From Convolutriloba macropyga (lineage: Eukaryota), in assembly GCF_964194025.1 (NCBI RefSeq), contig NC_134468.1, positions 72,974,001 to 73,038,000 of the forward strand: a stretch of DNA of 64,000 nucleotides, given 5' to 3'. Numbering within the stretch: the stretch's first letter is position 1; each line of letters begins with the position of its first letter. Below the pieces are notes generated by a model that saw only the letters and a program-made list of their open reading frames with translations, was not told the origin of the DNA and searched no databases. The position numbers were made by a program, and so were the translations under genes. Below are positions 11,679 to 25,450 of the stretch, piece by piece.

Positions 11679-14600
11679 GATGACTAAAGTATGCTTATCA
11701 GTTTACCGAACCACCGAACCGGGGGCTAATACCTCGTAGAGGCCATAGAGATTCTTCTTTGAACGCTTGTTGGGGTGACATTTTCAGGCAATGTTTGTGC
11801 GCACTGCTGATTCTAGGAGGGGAATTTCTCTGTGAAGTTTTGCCGAGCGAAGGACACAAAGCTCATTATCGTTTACATTCCGTTCTTGTGTTTGTGCCTT
11901 TGTGTCGCCTTGCACATGTTTTTTCCACCTCCTCGTTACTTCAAAATTGTCCCCATTGTTCTCGGGTAGCAGTTCAATTGGGGTTACGGTTTCTTCAACT
12001 AAATAGTGATTTATAGTCTTTTCATAGCTTAAATCAGAATATTTATGGATTGTACTGATTTTGCTAAGCGGAATGTTAGCACGACAAACAAAATGAGGTT
12101 GTAAAGGCAAAATCCGAGTAGTCTTATGTTTAAATATGCCAAGCTGCTACAGTATTGTTTTAAGTGCTGCTTTCATTATGAGTCTTTCTGTGCTTCTTCT
12201 ATAAGTCTTTCTACTAAAACAATGTCCCGTGATCAATTGCTGGGGCTGGAATTAGGTTTAAATTATTTTTTATGCAAAAGTGTTTTACTTGGTTACATAT
12301 AAGACGACGAGCTTGGTCGATTCTTAAGGATCGTGAGACTCCGTGAAATTGCATATAGTTAACTAAGAAGTCAGTTACATTTGACGCGTTTGCATTTTCA
12401 AAAATTTCGGCAGACGGACATGTAGAATATCTATCAATGGATGTTAAAATATAAATTTCATAGGAACTATACATAGTTTATGGGTTTAAAATTGCTTAGC
12501 GGGTGTAATTGATTTCAAATTTTTACCGATTGCGGTGCAAAGCTTGTTCTCTAATGAGTGAACAAGCAAATCCCTGTTCGTGTATGGTCACCACCACTCT
12601 TCGGCCATACAAACCATTGCCTAGCTGCCTGGGTGACTAGGGCGGAGATCTTCAATTAGGGCTTCTTTCAAGGCATTTGGTATGGTCACCTTCTCGTCCA
12701 TACATACACGGCCGCTACTGACATAAAGCTCATGCGCCAATAACTATGCAAGTATGGATTGAGCCGCTTTAGCCTTTCTCGTCAGATCTGCTGATGCCTT
12801 CTCGGACTTCCTTTAGCACAGCATATTTGCTCGTCAGAGTAGCGCTAACGCTCTTGTTGAAACTCTTTTCAACCACTTTATCAAATGACGGGACTCGGGG
12901 CTGTCCATTAGAGAGCTATTGATGTCAGAAGTTTAGGGTGATTGGCGAGGTGTGTTTTTCACTGTGTCTGGTGTGAAAGACACGCAGAGCGAAGTACTGC
13001 ATGATGTTCTCGAAGTAGATTTGCCTCATGAGAGTTGGCTCATGTTGGTGGAAGTGTGAGCTGAATTTATTTAAGTATTGACCGACTGAATTGAAGATTG
13101 AGAATGGGCAAAAAGCGGCTATTAATTGTTTTTCAATTGAGCACGTGAAGTATTTAAAGAACTTGATTTTTTTCGTGGTAATTAGGGAAGGAATGTGTGA
13201 CTGAGACCTGTTTGACAGATTAGATTGTTTAAATTCATTGAAATTTAGCGGATTTTGATAAGCGAGAGACGCTTGATTGGTCTTTCAGAAATTCTCAAAA
13301 ATTGCTATTTGAGCTTCATATTGTAGTGTAGAAAGAATAGTATTTGTACCATGCGATGCAATGAAGGATTATTTGGTTGTAAAATAGTGTGAAATTCAAA
13401 TGAGGTATTTGCGGAATGATTATTATGAGATTGTATAATAAGAGTGTATGAGTTTCGCTAGGTGGGTGTTAATTGAATTTGAAAAAAGCGTACTTGCGAT
13501 GCATGATCCTTATCAAAATAAGAGTGGTTAGATGTAATCAATTTTGGAGTATTATTTCGCGTGGTGATTGGTAAAGTATTTTGAGATAAATGTACCTGCA
13601 GTGCAGAATCTATGTTCAATATATGATCATTATGGTTTGGTTTGTTTAGTTATGTGTCTTTGCATATCAAGTTTATTGGCTAAAAATTTATTCAGTTGAA
13701 AGGCAGAAATAATTTCTTCTTTTTGGACTAATTTTGCATCCGTTTGTATTCTAGATGTAGCGGCAACTGAAATTTCTGCGTCAAGTTTGGCAATATTTAT
13801 TGCTAGTTGATATGGATTACAAGATATACAAAATACTAGGCTCACCTTCGCCCCGGGCAAATGTTCTATTTTAAATTGGTAACAGAAGATTACCCATCTT
13901 GATAAACGCATTTTCTAAGGTTTGTTGGACCGCATTTTTAAACTGAAAGGAGAGCTCGATGGTCGGTTATAATTGAAAATGCTTTTTCATAAAGGTAATT
14001 TTTGAATTATTCTATGGACCAGACTACTCTAAATGATTCTAACTGATTAATAATGTAACTTTCTTCATTATTATATGAAAATCTAAAGGCGAATGATATT
14101 GGCTTCCAGCCATTAACCGTCAGTTGTTCTAATGCTGTTCCGAAACCGGAACAATACGCATCGTATTTTGTGAGTGTTTCGAGTTGCAGATTATAGTGAG
14201 TGTTTTCTGTATGATTTAATAGCATTAAAATGTACAGTGCGTTCGTCGGTCTAACTGTATTTAGTTGATTTACCGAGTAGAGATCGTAAAGGATGGCATA
14301 GTTGGGCTAAATAGGGGATGAATTTACTAATATAAAGGACAGAGCCTAGAAAAATTTATTGTTTTAGGTGTAGTAGGAGGTTGAAGTGTAAGAATTGCAG
14401 GTGTTCTAGACTCAAGTGGCGATGTTCCAGTTTGAGTGATTTTAATGCCTAACCACAAAATTTTTTATTTAGCGAACTGACATTTGGGTAAATTGATGCC
14501 AAGACTGTCTGCATCTATTTTTTAACAATTGGTTGCAAGTTTAAAATGATCTTATTCAGAACCTTTATTTACAATGAGAATGTCATCCAGGAAACAGAAA

Positions 14601-15450
14601 TTGTTTTCGAGGCCGATGAGCGTATAATCCATGGCTTTTTGGAACTTGGCAGGCATATCGGTAAGTCCCCAAAAACAGGTTTTAAACCAATACGTGCCTG
14701 TCATATCACCACTGATAATATTGAAATTACAGTGTCTGTGGTAGAGAAACAAAACAACGCTGGGTCTGTATTAAAATCTGTATCAAATTGTGATATAGGA
14801 TCTATAAGTTTTTGGATATTTGGCACCTGGTACTTGTACTTGTGCATAGATTTATTAAGAATTATTGAGTCTAAAGCTAATTTTATAGTGTGATCTCTTT
14901 TGACTGTAAAAACAATTGGAAAAGGAAAAAATTGACCGGAACAACTATTGTGTTTTGTTATTTTATTGTTAACTTGGTCTTAGAAAATCATAGACAGTCC
15001 TCTACTTTTTTGATGTTTTGGAAATTGTGTTCCTATGAGTGTTTGGAAAGGACATTGAGTAGTGATATTGTTCATCATACTACCTTCGACGCAGTTCAAC
15101 GTTTGGGTGATTGATATGCCAAGGGCTCCAAACAGGTCTCTATCAATGAACGGTTTGAGGCCGCCTCTGAAAACAACGAAATCAGCATCTTCAAATCGCC
15201 AGTACTCTCTACTGGCGTCTGCATCATGCCGATGATAGGTATAGGTTCTTTCGCTAAAGTTTTGAGTTCTTTACGAGGTACCATCGTCAACGAGGGTGGA
15301 GTTGTTACTGATTTCAGCGGAAAGTGATTCTTTTAAAATGTTGCATACACTCCCCGAACTGATGAAGAGACCCACCTTTTTGTTTCCAATTTAAAAAGTC
15401 GTCTTTTCCGGTTCTTTTTGTCCGGTATTACTTGCAAAGCTGGCCGCCAT
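11679..15450 (-). pseudogene. Gypsy pol relic, copy A (PR-RT-RH-IN)
   Basis: RT GLTDMPAKFQKAMDYTLIGLENNFCFLDDILIV. RNase H YDAYCSGFGTALEQ...WKPISFA. Integrase ILTSIDRYS...HGVSRSLRIDQAR. Degenerate protease motif FISSGSVC at about 15345-15370. Confidence 0.9.
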
Positions 15451-15559
15451 GTTGTGATCTTATCTATCGTTGTCTGATTCACATTCTGGATTGTAGTTTG
15501 AATTTTGAATAGTGTTGAAAAAGTTATCCGCTGTAGTTTCATCAATAGAGTTCACATTG

Positions 15560-16525
15560 GGTCGGGAATGTTTGGATGAAATAGATTTTGGCTTGCGACA
15601 CACACGAGAAAAATGGTTTTGTTGACCACAATTGTTACATGTTTTGCCTTTAGCAATACATCTGTCTCTATGATTCGCTGACCAAGTGAGGTCACTCGTT
15701 CGGTACAGTTGATTCGCCCGTCGTGTTGATGTTTCAAATTTTTGGTCGTTGATTTGAGTTACTAAAGTGACGATGTCGTGTTATGGCGTTCACTTGCAAG
15801 TCAAATTGACTACTGGATATTTGTAGTTGATTCCGCCAATCAATTCCATTTCAATGGCCAAACGTTCGTCTTGGGCAGGCTCGACAGTTTCTTTGAAAAA
15901 TGCTTTCTAAATTTCAGAGTCCTGCTTGTTTGCAATAAAGGGATCTCTTATTATTGTATCTTCTTGATTTCGCAGTTCACAGTTTTCAGATAGTTCCTTT
16001 AACTTGCCAAAGAAATGTTCAATAGACTCTCATTTTGATTGCTCTGTTGTGAGGAGCATGTACCTGTCAAAAATAATATTGAGTGCGCGATTGAAAGTGT
16101 CCTCTAAGGTTCTCCAGAGCTGCACACTTGTCAATGTATTTATCTTGAGGTGCGGGTTTTGGCTGCACATGAATCTTCCTCCTTCTGTTCCAACGCTGAG
16201 GTACAACATAGAAACGCCTTTAGGATCTGCTTGATTCCATGGCTTGTCACCACACAACACTCTTATTTCTAATTGTCTTTGGCAGCGATTTTCCCAATTC
16301 ATTTTCAACAGTGCGTTTCTAGCTAATCGTTAGCGTTCCGATTGGGAATCAGATCCAAGTATTGTGTTCCCGTAGATCGGTTCTAGCGGGAGCATGTCCG
16401 AATTAATGTTTTCTTTGACTAAGAGAGCCAATTTTGCCTGTATTTGCCTTTTCTCCCACTTCAAAGGAAGATCTGAGCAAGTTTTTTCCCAGAGGGGCTC
16501 GTATCCAAATGAGGTCCGTTTTGAG
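15560..16525 (-). pseudogene. Gypsy gag relic with CCHC zinc knuckle
   Basis: Fragments KMNWENRCQRQLEI...DRYMLLT and the knuckle CNNCGQQNHFSRVC (C-x2-C-x4-H-x4-C) at about 15597-15640. A second copy of the 5' part lies at 18142-18555. Confidence 0.8.
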
Positions 16526-16540
16526 TTGCTGACTGCGTCA

Positions 16541-16969
16541 TGTTCAACACAAACAATTTTGTGTACTCGATTTGCGATCCAAATCACTGTCGGATTTTCT
16601 GATGAGCTATCTTGCGCGACAAGTGCACTGAACACAATTTTGAAATTGAATTCGCTGAGTGAATCTTTCACTTATCTATTTTACTTGACAAGTAAAAACG
16701 GATGTCAGATTATAAGTTAAATTGAACAACTGATCGCGAGTTGCAAATTGAAATTTTAGTGAAAATGGGTCGAAAAAAGTCACAACACATATGAAGAATA
16801 TATTTCCCGATGTGGGAAAGAGGACCAGAGACTAATATATGAATTCCTGAGGATATTAGGTGAACTTAAGATGATTTCTCCAACATGTCCGTCAGAATTA
16901 GGTAAAATCAATAAAAAAGTACATCTTATAATAATTGTACTGCACTAGATTATATGACAATGTATAACA
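16541..16969 (-). repeat. 5' LTR, inner copy (429 bp)
   Basis: tgtt...aaca termini. Followed on - by the PBS-like TGACGCAGTCAGC and then gag. The outer flank AGGTC is a one-mismatch version of the TSD. Confidence 0.88.
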
Positions 16970-18555
16970 AGGTCATTGAACTACACCAATTCAAAAAATT
17001 CATCCTACTCAGTATCAGTGAGCTTGGGAACTGACACAACGGATTCCGTTAATGACTTTAGGGTATCTGCTTCAAGCATAAATTTTTCAATAAAAAACTG
17101 AGATAATGAGTTTTTTACAACTCGCAAACAACTGTCGGCTATCTGTTTGGGGATCTATACCGGTGCAACTACTGTGAAGTTGGACTAGTACTAGATTTGC
17201 ACCAGCATCTCTTACTTGTGCTACCTTCTATCATCAGTTGGTCTAAAGCTCATGAATTCGGGCATCTCCTATAACCCGTTCTCACGCTTTGTCTTGTCCC
17301 TCAGAGCTTGATTTATCTAGGCAAGTATACTTAGAACAAATAGAGCTTCTTTTCAAACTATTTCAAGCTTATTTCATGCACAGCCCAGATCCTCGAGTAA
17401 GTTGATCTCTGCGCTGAATCATACATATAAACTTATCATTTTAAGAACACTGAAATTAATCTGATTTCAATCTGAATATAGTCTAAATTTCATCTGCAAA
17501 GATCGTTTTTCTGCAAAGATCATTTTCTCTTCAGCGAACTGTTGCTGAAAATGCTATTTACAATCTGAGATATAGTACCTACGGCTACACAAGAGTCCAT
17601 GTAAAAGTACCTGCGTTTGAATGGTGTTGCAAAGAAGCGGATTTTTGCCTGAAGTGCAATTTAGAGGACAACACCGGCAGCTGGAGACCGTCCAATTAAC
17701 AAAGCATTCAACTGAGGAGCAAATCGATAGACTTCATCTGCTTCTGAGTTTGGAATAAAAAAATCCAACTGAATTGAGGCGAAACAAATAATAAATTGAA
17801 AATTATTGAAGTTTGAAAACATTATCGTTTCAGTTATTTAGTTTGTAAAGGCAGTCTGAGTAGCTCAGTTGTGGCTCACATCCGACTCAATTGAACTCGA
17901 AATCAAACGAGACCTTCAAGCTGAGTTAAATTCGGGTTATATGCCGGGTTAAACTCGGGTTATATATAGGAGGCCGGGTTATATGCGTTTGCACATAATG
18001 TTCCGACATCCACATTTTTTATTTAGCTGCCTACCAAATTAGGAATCGATCGAAAACTTGGATAAATTCATATTGTGTTCAAAAAAAAATGACGATTCTT
18101 TCAAAAAGTAGATTTGAGCTAAAACAGCTAAACGAATAAAATTTGAGGTGCTGGTTTCGGCTGCATATGATTCTTCTTCCTTCTGTTCCATCACTGAGGT
18201 ACAACATAGAAACGCCCTTAGGGTCTGCTTGATTCCATGGCTTGTCACCACACAACACTCCTATTTCTAATTGTCTTTGGCAGCGATTTACCCAGTTCAT
18301 TTTCAACAGTGCGTTTCTAGCTAATCGTTTGTGTTCTGATTGGGCAAAAGATTCAGATTTTGTGTTCTCGTAGAGCGGTTCTTGAGGGAGTTGAAAATTC
18401 TCGAGTTTGGGGTCAAGCAAAATGAACAAAGTAATGTTCTCTTTGGATAAGAGTATCAATTACGCCAGCATTTGCAATTTCTTCCACTTTAATAGAGGAT
18501 CTGAGCTGCGTTTTTCCCAAAATGGCTCAATGACATGCGGGGTCTGTTTTGAAAA

Positions 18556-18568
18556 GCTGAATGCGCCA
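18556..18568 (-). promoter_or_regulatory. Primer binding site
   Basis: TGGCGCATTCAGC immediately after the LTR-terminal CA. The paralogous copy is TGACGCAGTCAGC at 16528-16540. The priming tRNA is not assigned. Confidence 0.75.
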
Positions 18569-19013
18569 TGTCGTACACCATCAATATTGTGAACTCAATT
18601 CGCGATCCAAATCACTGTATGATTTTTTCTTGTGCTATCTTGTGGAGCGAGTGCACTAAACGCAGTTTCAAAAATGAATTTGCTTATCGAATCGCCTATC
18701 TTTCACTTATCTATTTTACGTAATAAGTAAATACGGTTGTCAGATTATAAGTTAAATTGAGCAACTGATCGCGAGATGCAAAATGAGAAGAGTGAAATAT
18801 AACTGAAAGTGGGTCGGTAAAAGTCACAACACACATGAAGAATATATTTCCCGAATTGGGAAAGGGGGCAACAGACTAACATATGAATGTCTGAGGTTAT
18901 AAGGTGAACTTAGGATCACTTCTACTACATGTCCTTCAGGATTAGGTACAATCAATAAAAAGGTACATCGTATAATAATTTTACTGCACTAGATTATATG
19001 ACAATGTACAACA
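18569..19013 (-). repeat. 5' LTR, outer duplicated copy (445 bp)
   Basis: TG...CA termini. Followed on - by TGGCGCATTCAGC (PBS) and a gag 5' fragment. The outer flank is the exact TSD AGCTC. Confidence 0.9.
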
Positions 19014-21509
19014 AGCTCATTGAACTACACCAATTCAAAAAAGTCATCCTATTTAGTATCAGTGAGCTTGGGAACTGACACAACGGCTTCCATTAATGAC
19101 TTTAGGGTACCTGCTTCAAGCATAAATTTTTCAATTAAAAAACTGAGATAATGAGTTTTTTACAACTCGCAAATGACTGTCGGCTATCCGTTAGGGAATC
19201 TATACCGGTCCAACTACTATTAAATTCGACTAGTACTAGATTTGCACCAGCATCTCTTACTTGTGCTACCTTCTTTCATCAACTGGTCTAAAGCTCACGA
19301 ATTTGGGCATCTCCTATAACCCGTTCTCACGCTTAGTCTTGCCCCTCAGAGCTTGATTTATCTAGGCAAGTATATTTAGAACAAATAGAGCTTCTTGTCA
19401 AGCTATTTCAAGCTCATTTCATGCACAACCCAGACCCTCGAGTAATTTGATCTCAGCGCTGAATCATACATATAAACTGATCATTTTAAGAACTCTTAAA
19501 TTAATCTGATTTCAATCTGAATATAGTCTGAATATCATCTGCAAAGATCATTTTTAAATTCTCCTCAGCCCGAACTGTTGCTGAAAATGCTATTTACAAT
19601 CTGAGATATAGTACCTACGTCTACACAAGAGTCCATGTAAAAGTACCTGCGATTGAATGGTGGTGGAAAGAAGCGGATTTTTGCCTGAAGTGCAATCTAG
19701 AGGACCACACGTTGACCACATTTTGCAGTTTTGAAAATTTCGTTTCCGAGTTTTTAGTATGTATTGTCTATGATTTTACTCGGATCAGAAAATTCATTGC
19801 CAGTTCATGAAAAAATTACTGTGGCTTTTATCTGTGCATAATGCGAGGTGAATTTACCCTTTGGATAGTAGTTCATTGCCTAAGCTCTTTACTATTGAAA
19901 TTTAATGAATCAGTACTGAAATGCTATGGGACTAGGGTCCGGGAATCTACATTAGGTTGTTCTCTCTCAACCTTCTAATGCTATCTAGAGTTTTCTTTTC
20001 AGCACAGGCACATCTTTTCACAACTTGAAATTAGTCTTCTTTCAGTTTTGTCAGAATAACTAGTAGGAAACGATTAACTTTTACCACATTTATTCCTTAA
20101 GTAAGTTGTTTAAAAATCATAACCTTGTGTTAGGGCACAACTTCATCGTGCAAATACAAATTATATTCAAACATGTATTTAGATAACTGTACACAGATTC
20201 TCGTCGCAGCATCACAATTTTGAGTAAAGTACCCAAAACTGCAGAATATGTTCCTGGGCTACCATTTTGATAATGGATTGAAACGAGACCTTCAAGCTGA
20301 GTTAAACTCTACAAGGAGGCCGGGTTATATGCATTTGCACATAATGTTCCGACAACACTCATCCAAATTTTTCATTTAGTTTCCTACCAAATTAAGAAGA
20401 GATCGAAAACTTTGATATTTATACAGTGTTCGCAAAAAAATAGGCGAATTTTTTCAAAAACTACCTTTGAGCTAAAACCGCTGAACGAATAAAATAACGA
20501 TTCATTAGGAGGCCAATTATACCTGACATTAGCCAGACTAAAAAACAAGACAAACATCAAAATCAAATGCGAATTACGATTAATTACGACCAAAAATCAA
20601 TGTCTATCTATTCAAAGAAAACTTAGTATTACAGTCAAAACAGCATCAAAGAAAAATTAAACCAGAAAAAAGTCACTTAAAATCATCAAAAAGATATGGG
20701 ACCTTTCTTTATTGAGAAATATTAACTCGTAGGCAAAGTTACGAATACAATTATACTTTTTTTTGAAAAACGAATGAAAACACTAGCCATCAAATAAAGG
20801 CATTAAATATGTTGATTTACACCTCCTAAACTCCAAAAAACATTGAGACCTGTCATTTAACATAAAGATTTATGAGACTAAACACGAACGCCAAATACAG
20901 GCATCGAAATTTAAATTTGCCACTTTGGATTTAATCGATGTCCAAGCAGTTAAAATCGTATTCATTTCGCTAAAAACATAAAATAAAATAAGTGAAATGC
21001 TTCAACGGCATTAATGTGACATTTGAGTGGCGAAAATGTGACATTGTGACACGAAAGCACAAAAAAAATCTTACAAAAGGCAGGGTTGTTTAAAAATCAG
21101 ATATAAGTTATGAAAAATCGAAGTTTCTAAGTAAAACAAAAAAATTATATGGGATAAAACCTTAGTATAGAATTCGATTTAATTATTTGTAAAGGATGCA
21201 ACCTCTCTCTTTGCTGAGACCAGGCTGCATCGTGACACAAATAATATAAATATTAGCAAAGCACAAAAAATCGTTAGTTCTTTTTTTCGAAGACAAACAT
21301 TTTCAAAGAAAGTCATAACATAAACTTTCAAATAAAAAACATTCGCAATGACTTCCTTTTAGCTGCCTAAAAAATTAATTGCAACTGTCACTAGTGAACT
21401 AAACTTGTAAACTAATCAAAAATGAAAATAGGCACAAATCAAAATTTCAGAAACAATTTTACCTCAATAGTCTTTAAACCATAAAAAATATGAAACATTT
21501 TATCGTAAA

Positions 21510-21513
<4 letters not shown>

Positions 21514-21555
<42 letters not shown>
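21514..21555. repeat. (AT)n microsatellite
   Basis: About 21 perfect dinucleotide units. Confidence 0.98.
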
Positions 21556-21558
<3 letters not shown>

Positions 21559-21864
21559 ATGCCTCTCTTATCACACTTTTAACTAGTTTTCATTTGAATT
21601 GAAATCATTCCTTGTCTGTAACTAACATAAAAATCGCAAAAAGTTTTCAAAAATTGCCAACCCCCAATTACAATCCGAAAAATTTTCGGATATTATAAAT
21701 TCACGAATAAAACAAAAGTATCCTTGCTATTTCTTTTTCTTTTTCAATAATACGCATCAGTTGAAAATGTTTACGAAAAACAAAATTTGACAAAGATATT
21801 TAGTGTATCAAAATTGAATTATCAGTTTTGGATAGTTATCGAGTTTTATCATCAAAAATTATTA

Positions 21865-22201
21865 GGAATCATCTGAACGCATTAGTTAATTTCACGAATT
21901 GCTCCTCAGATAGCAAAATAGCTTTTTGATTAATTGGACGCAGTCATTGAACTACAAAAAGAACAACAAATGCTCGCAAAACTCAAAAGTTTTTTAAACA
22001 AAAATTTACCAAAATTTTTGCTGGAGCCATTTTTGCTGGAATCATCTGAAGGCATTAGTTAATTACACGAATCGCTCCTCAGATAGCGAAAAAGAATTTT
22101 GATTAATTGGACGCAGTCATTGAACTACAAAAAGAACAACAAATGCTCGCAAAACTCAAGAGTTTTTTAAACAAAAATTTACCAATTTTTGCTGGAGCCA
22201 T
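21865..22201. repeat. Tandem duplication, period ~173 bp
   Basis: ggaatcatctgaa.gcattagttaatt starts at 21865 and 22038. Both copies end tttgctggagccat. Confidence 0.92.
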
Positions 22202-23559
22202 AAAGGCCAAAAGATTTACTCAAAAAAACATATTGTTTAGTCAACGGGCCTCATTAGAACATGCATAGATTCTCTCATTAAATGAATCTTTACAAGAAAA
22301 CCGTTTTGTCTGTACATGGGGTAAAAATGCGGAAATATTTTAAAAATGACAGCGCCAAATTACAATTCTAATCATTTTCATCGCGAAAATCAACGTTGAG
22401 AAAAAAACTGGCCTTGCCATCGCTGTGAGGCCGTCAAAAACGTAATTGTTCAGAAAAGTTCCGTAACAGATTCTTTTTGCATCCTAAAACCTTAGTATAT
22501 CAAAAATACATCATTCATTTTTGGTAATTAGCGATTTAAATTAGCAAAAGGCTGCCGAATTATTAGTTCCAGAACAATTTCCTGAAAACTGGGTGCATAC
22601 ATAGGCCTCATCTGAGTAAAAGGAATTGTGTTAGAAATTGCTACGTCTGCTCTACTCGTCAATTTGTACAAATTGGGCTGAAGAGGCTTAATTGGTGAAT
22701 TTTCAAAAATTTAGCCAAAGTTTTCGCCAAAACGAGTCTGTCAAACACTTCACAATTCCTTTCAACTTTAAGTCTAAAACCAAAAACATTTCAAACATAG
22801 CAAAACTGAACAAAATTTTAGCAAAAAAAATTTCAACAATTTGAAAAATGTGAACAAAGCAACGCAAGTGGGACTAGCGTTCACAAAGCTTCAAACCTGC
22901 GTAACTCCCCGGAAAATACGAAATCCAAAAAAACGTTTTTAATTTGAAATTATACATTTGACAAGCTTTCTATTGATATCACTTACAACTCAACTCTGTA
23001 CGATGAATATATGGATCGGCAAAAAAATGTTTCAAGGACATGTATAGTAATATGTTCATATTACAAACGCGGTTGTTTTTGTGCCTGACTTTACTTTTGA
23101 TTTGTCGGGGAGAGATAGATAGCCGAAGAGTTCAACCATTCTTAACGATTAACGACCATCAATTAATGCGAAAATGCAGTCCCATTAGTCGCACAATCAG
23201 TTAAAGCAAGCAAAAATTAAGATTTCCACTTAACTCAGTTACCCTAATTTAGTCGTCCCCTCACACTACGAAGTTGTCATTTCTATTTTATCTTACCGTT
23301 TATCTGATTGGGCACAAAAATCTCTACATAAATCTAACAATCAGATTGGGATATCAAGGCACTAACTCTCTCGGACAATTAAGTTATATTGTCAAACGAT
23401 AGACGGCTACTTGTCGAAACAAAGCCATTTCTGGTCTCAAGTAACCAAAGTAGTAAATATAAGTTTCTAGATCCCTGTTTTTTTGATATAGTGGATTTAA
23501 ATTAGGTTTTTAGGCCCGGTTCAAATCAAATTTCTACCCCAAAAAGATGTAAGAGTTAA

Positions 23560-25450
23560 TCAGGTGACTATTACGCTACCGATGCGTATTCCATTTGACT
23601 ATTGCTTTTTCTATATCAGCAATATTTTAGTCAATGCTTTTACTGGCGCGCCTACATATGACACATGTGCAGATTAGAAGCTTAAAATGGAGGTATAGCG
23701 CGTCTCACAGCTCGGCTGCAACACTAAGGGCTGCAGCTCTAAGAACAGCTCTAAAAGCATGCGACGGTATGAGCGCTTTTAACCATTTTGCTCAAGTGTG
23801 ACTTTTATTTAATGGAATCAATAGATAGAAGGAAAAACAATTTAGGAAAAATAAAAAAGAAGAAGAAAGAAGGACAAGAATGGATCAAAATCAACAATTA
23901 CCAATTTTTGGGCCAAGAACTGAACAGCCGTTTCTGTCACTACTTGGGTGCAAACCCATGCCCCCGGTTGACTGCCATATTTCAAATCCCTGATGCTTGT
24001 GTAATGCATTTGTCAATTGCTCTCTCTACATCAGAAATTTTTTGGTCAATGTATTCATGCTCTCGCCTTATTAGCTATGCTGCATGCCTAATAAGTGCAG
24101 AATGGAAGCCTATACTTAGACTCGAACCCCTGCCCCTCCCTTGACAGTAACTGGTCTCGTCTTCTACGCTACCGATTGCTATTGCTTACGCCTATTATCA
24201 ATTCTGATGTGCAAATGTTTGGCTATTGGCTATTTGGCTCGCTGGTTTGCTTGTGCTCTGCAGCATTCTTTGTGAGTGCATTCTTTGCGAGCTAATTATG
24301 AGCCTAAATATGGCGATATAGCGCATCTTTAAACGCATGCATTACGCTAGGCTGCTTGTTTATTGACCGTTACAACATGTGGATTAGGAAGCTTGGACAT
24401 AGTGGTACAGCATTAGAGTACAGCAAAAGAGCAGTCGATAAAAAGGGACACTTACCCGTTTTTTGAGTCTTGAAAACAAGAGCAATGTTTCGCATCAATT
24501 TGAGCACACCCATGCCCCTCGCTTAACAGCCATAGGACTTGCCGCTTACGCTACCGATGGGTATTGCATTTCTCTATTGCTCTTTCTGAATCAGCAAATT
24601 TTAAGTCATTGTCTTTATTGGCTCGCCTACATATGCGACAAGTTTAGTGGACGCAAAACATGTGCAGATTAGGAGCCAAAATAGTGCAAAAGCAAAAGAG
24701 ACAGATTGGAACGAAAAAAAAAACAAAAAGTAACTAAATAAAAGAACGAAAGGAAAAGAAAACCATCTTTTCAAAATTGCGGTCCAGGAAATTATGCGCC
24801 TTTTTCCGCCCTTAATTTGGCTGAAACTCCTGGCCCTCATTGTCAGTCAGTGATCTTATGCTATTCGCTACTGATGCCAATTTCTTACGCCTATTGGCCT
24901 TTCTTACGAGAAAATTTTTTGTTTTTGGCTATTTGGCTCGTTTGTTTTTGCTATGCGGCATGCTTTGAGTGCAATAAATTAGCAAACTATAAGCTCAAAA
25001 ACGGCAATATAGCGCATATTAAAACGCATGCACTATGCTAGGCTGCAGGTTTAAGGATTGCTAATTCATTTGAGATCTGGAGCTTAAACATGGATGTACA
25101 GAATTTGAGTTAGAATTAATATATGAATAGATATAGAAAAAACTCCTCAACAAAGAATTACAAGAAAGAATTGAAAGCAAGACAGGTGTGGATGAAAAAA
25201 AGCAAATAACAGTTTTCTGGTTAAAAAAACAACAGCTTTTTTTCCATCAACTCTAGTTTGTAACCATGCCTCTGGTTTAACTGACATAGGTCTTATTCCT
25301 GACGCAAGTGACGGTTAATGCGTTTGTCAATTGCTCTTTCTACAGCAGCAATATTTCGGTTATTGTTTCTGTTGGCTCGCCTGTTTTAGCTATGCGGCAA
25401 GCTTATTGAGCGTATAACGCATGCTTAATGTGCAGATTGGAAGCCTAAGT
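23560..25450. repeat. Diverged array of ~6 related 120-280 bp modules, several separated by A/G-rich tracts
   Basis: Recurrent motifs ccatgcc.c..g.tt.ac, tacgctaccgatg, attgctctttct...cagca, ggctcgcct and gtgcagatt.g.agc at about 23565, 23955, 24125, 24508, 24830 and 25262. Confidence 0.7.

Larger units (their letters stand above)
6040..19013 (-). mobile_element. Degenerate Ty3/Gypsy LTR retrotransposon with internal tandem duplications
   Basis: On the - strand the order is LTR, PBS, gag with CCHC, protease, RT, RNase H, integrase, PPT, LTR, which is the Gypsy order. AGCTC flanks the element at 6035-6039 and 19014-19018. All ORFs are broken by stops and frameshifts. Confidence 0.92.
16145..20494. 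repeat. Tandem segmental duplication of gag 5' end + LTR + host flank (16145-18141 / 18142-20494)
   Basis: Both units start ttgaggtgc.ggttt.ggctgca and end gct.aacgaataaaat. 16970-17690 matches 19014-19710, and 17905-18140 matches 20281-20494. The middles are unrelated. Confidence 0.88.
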
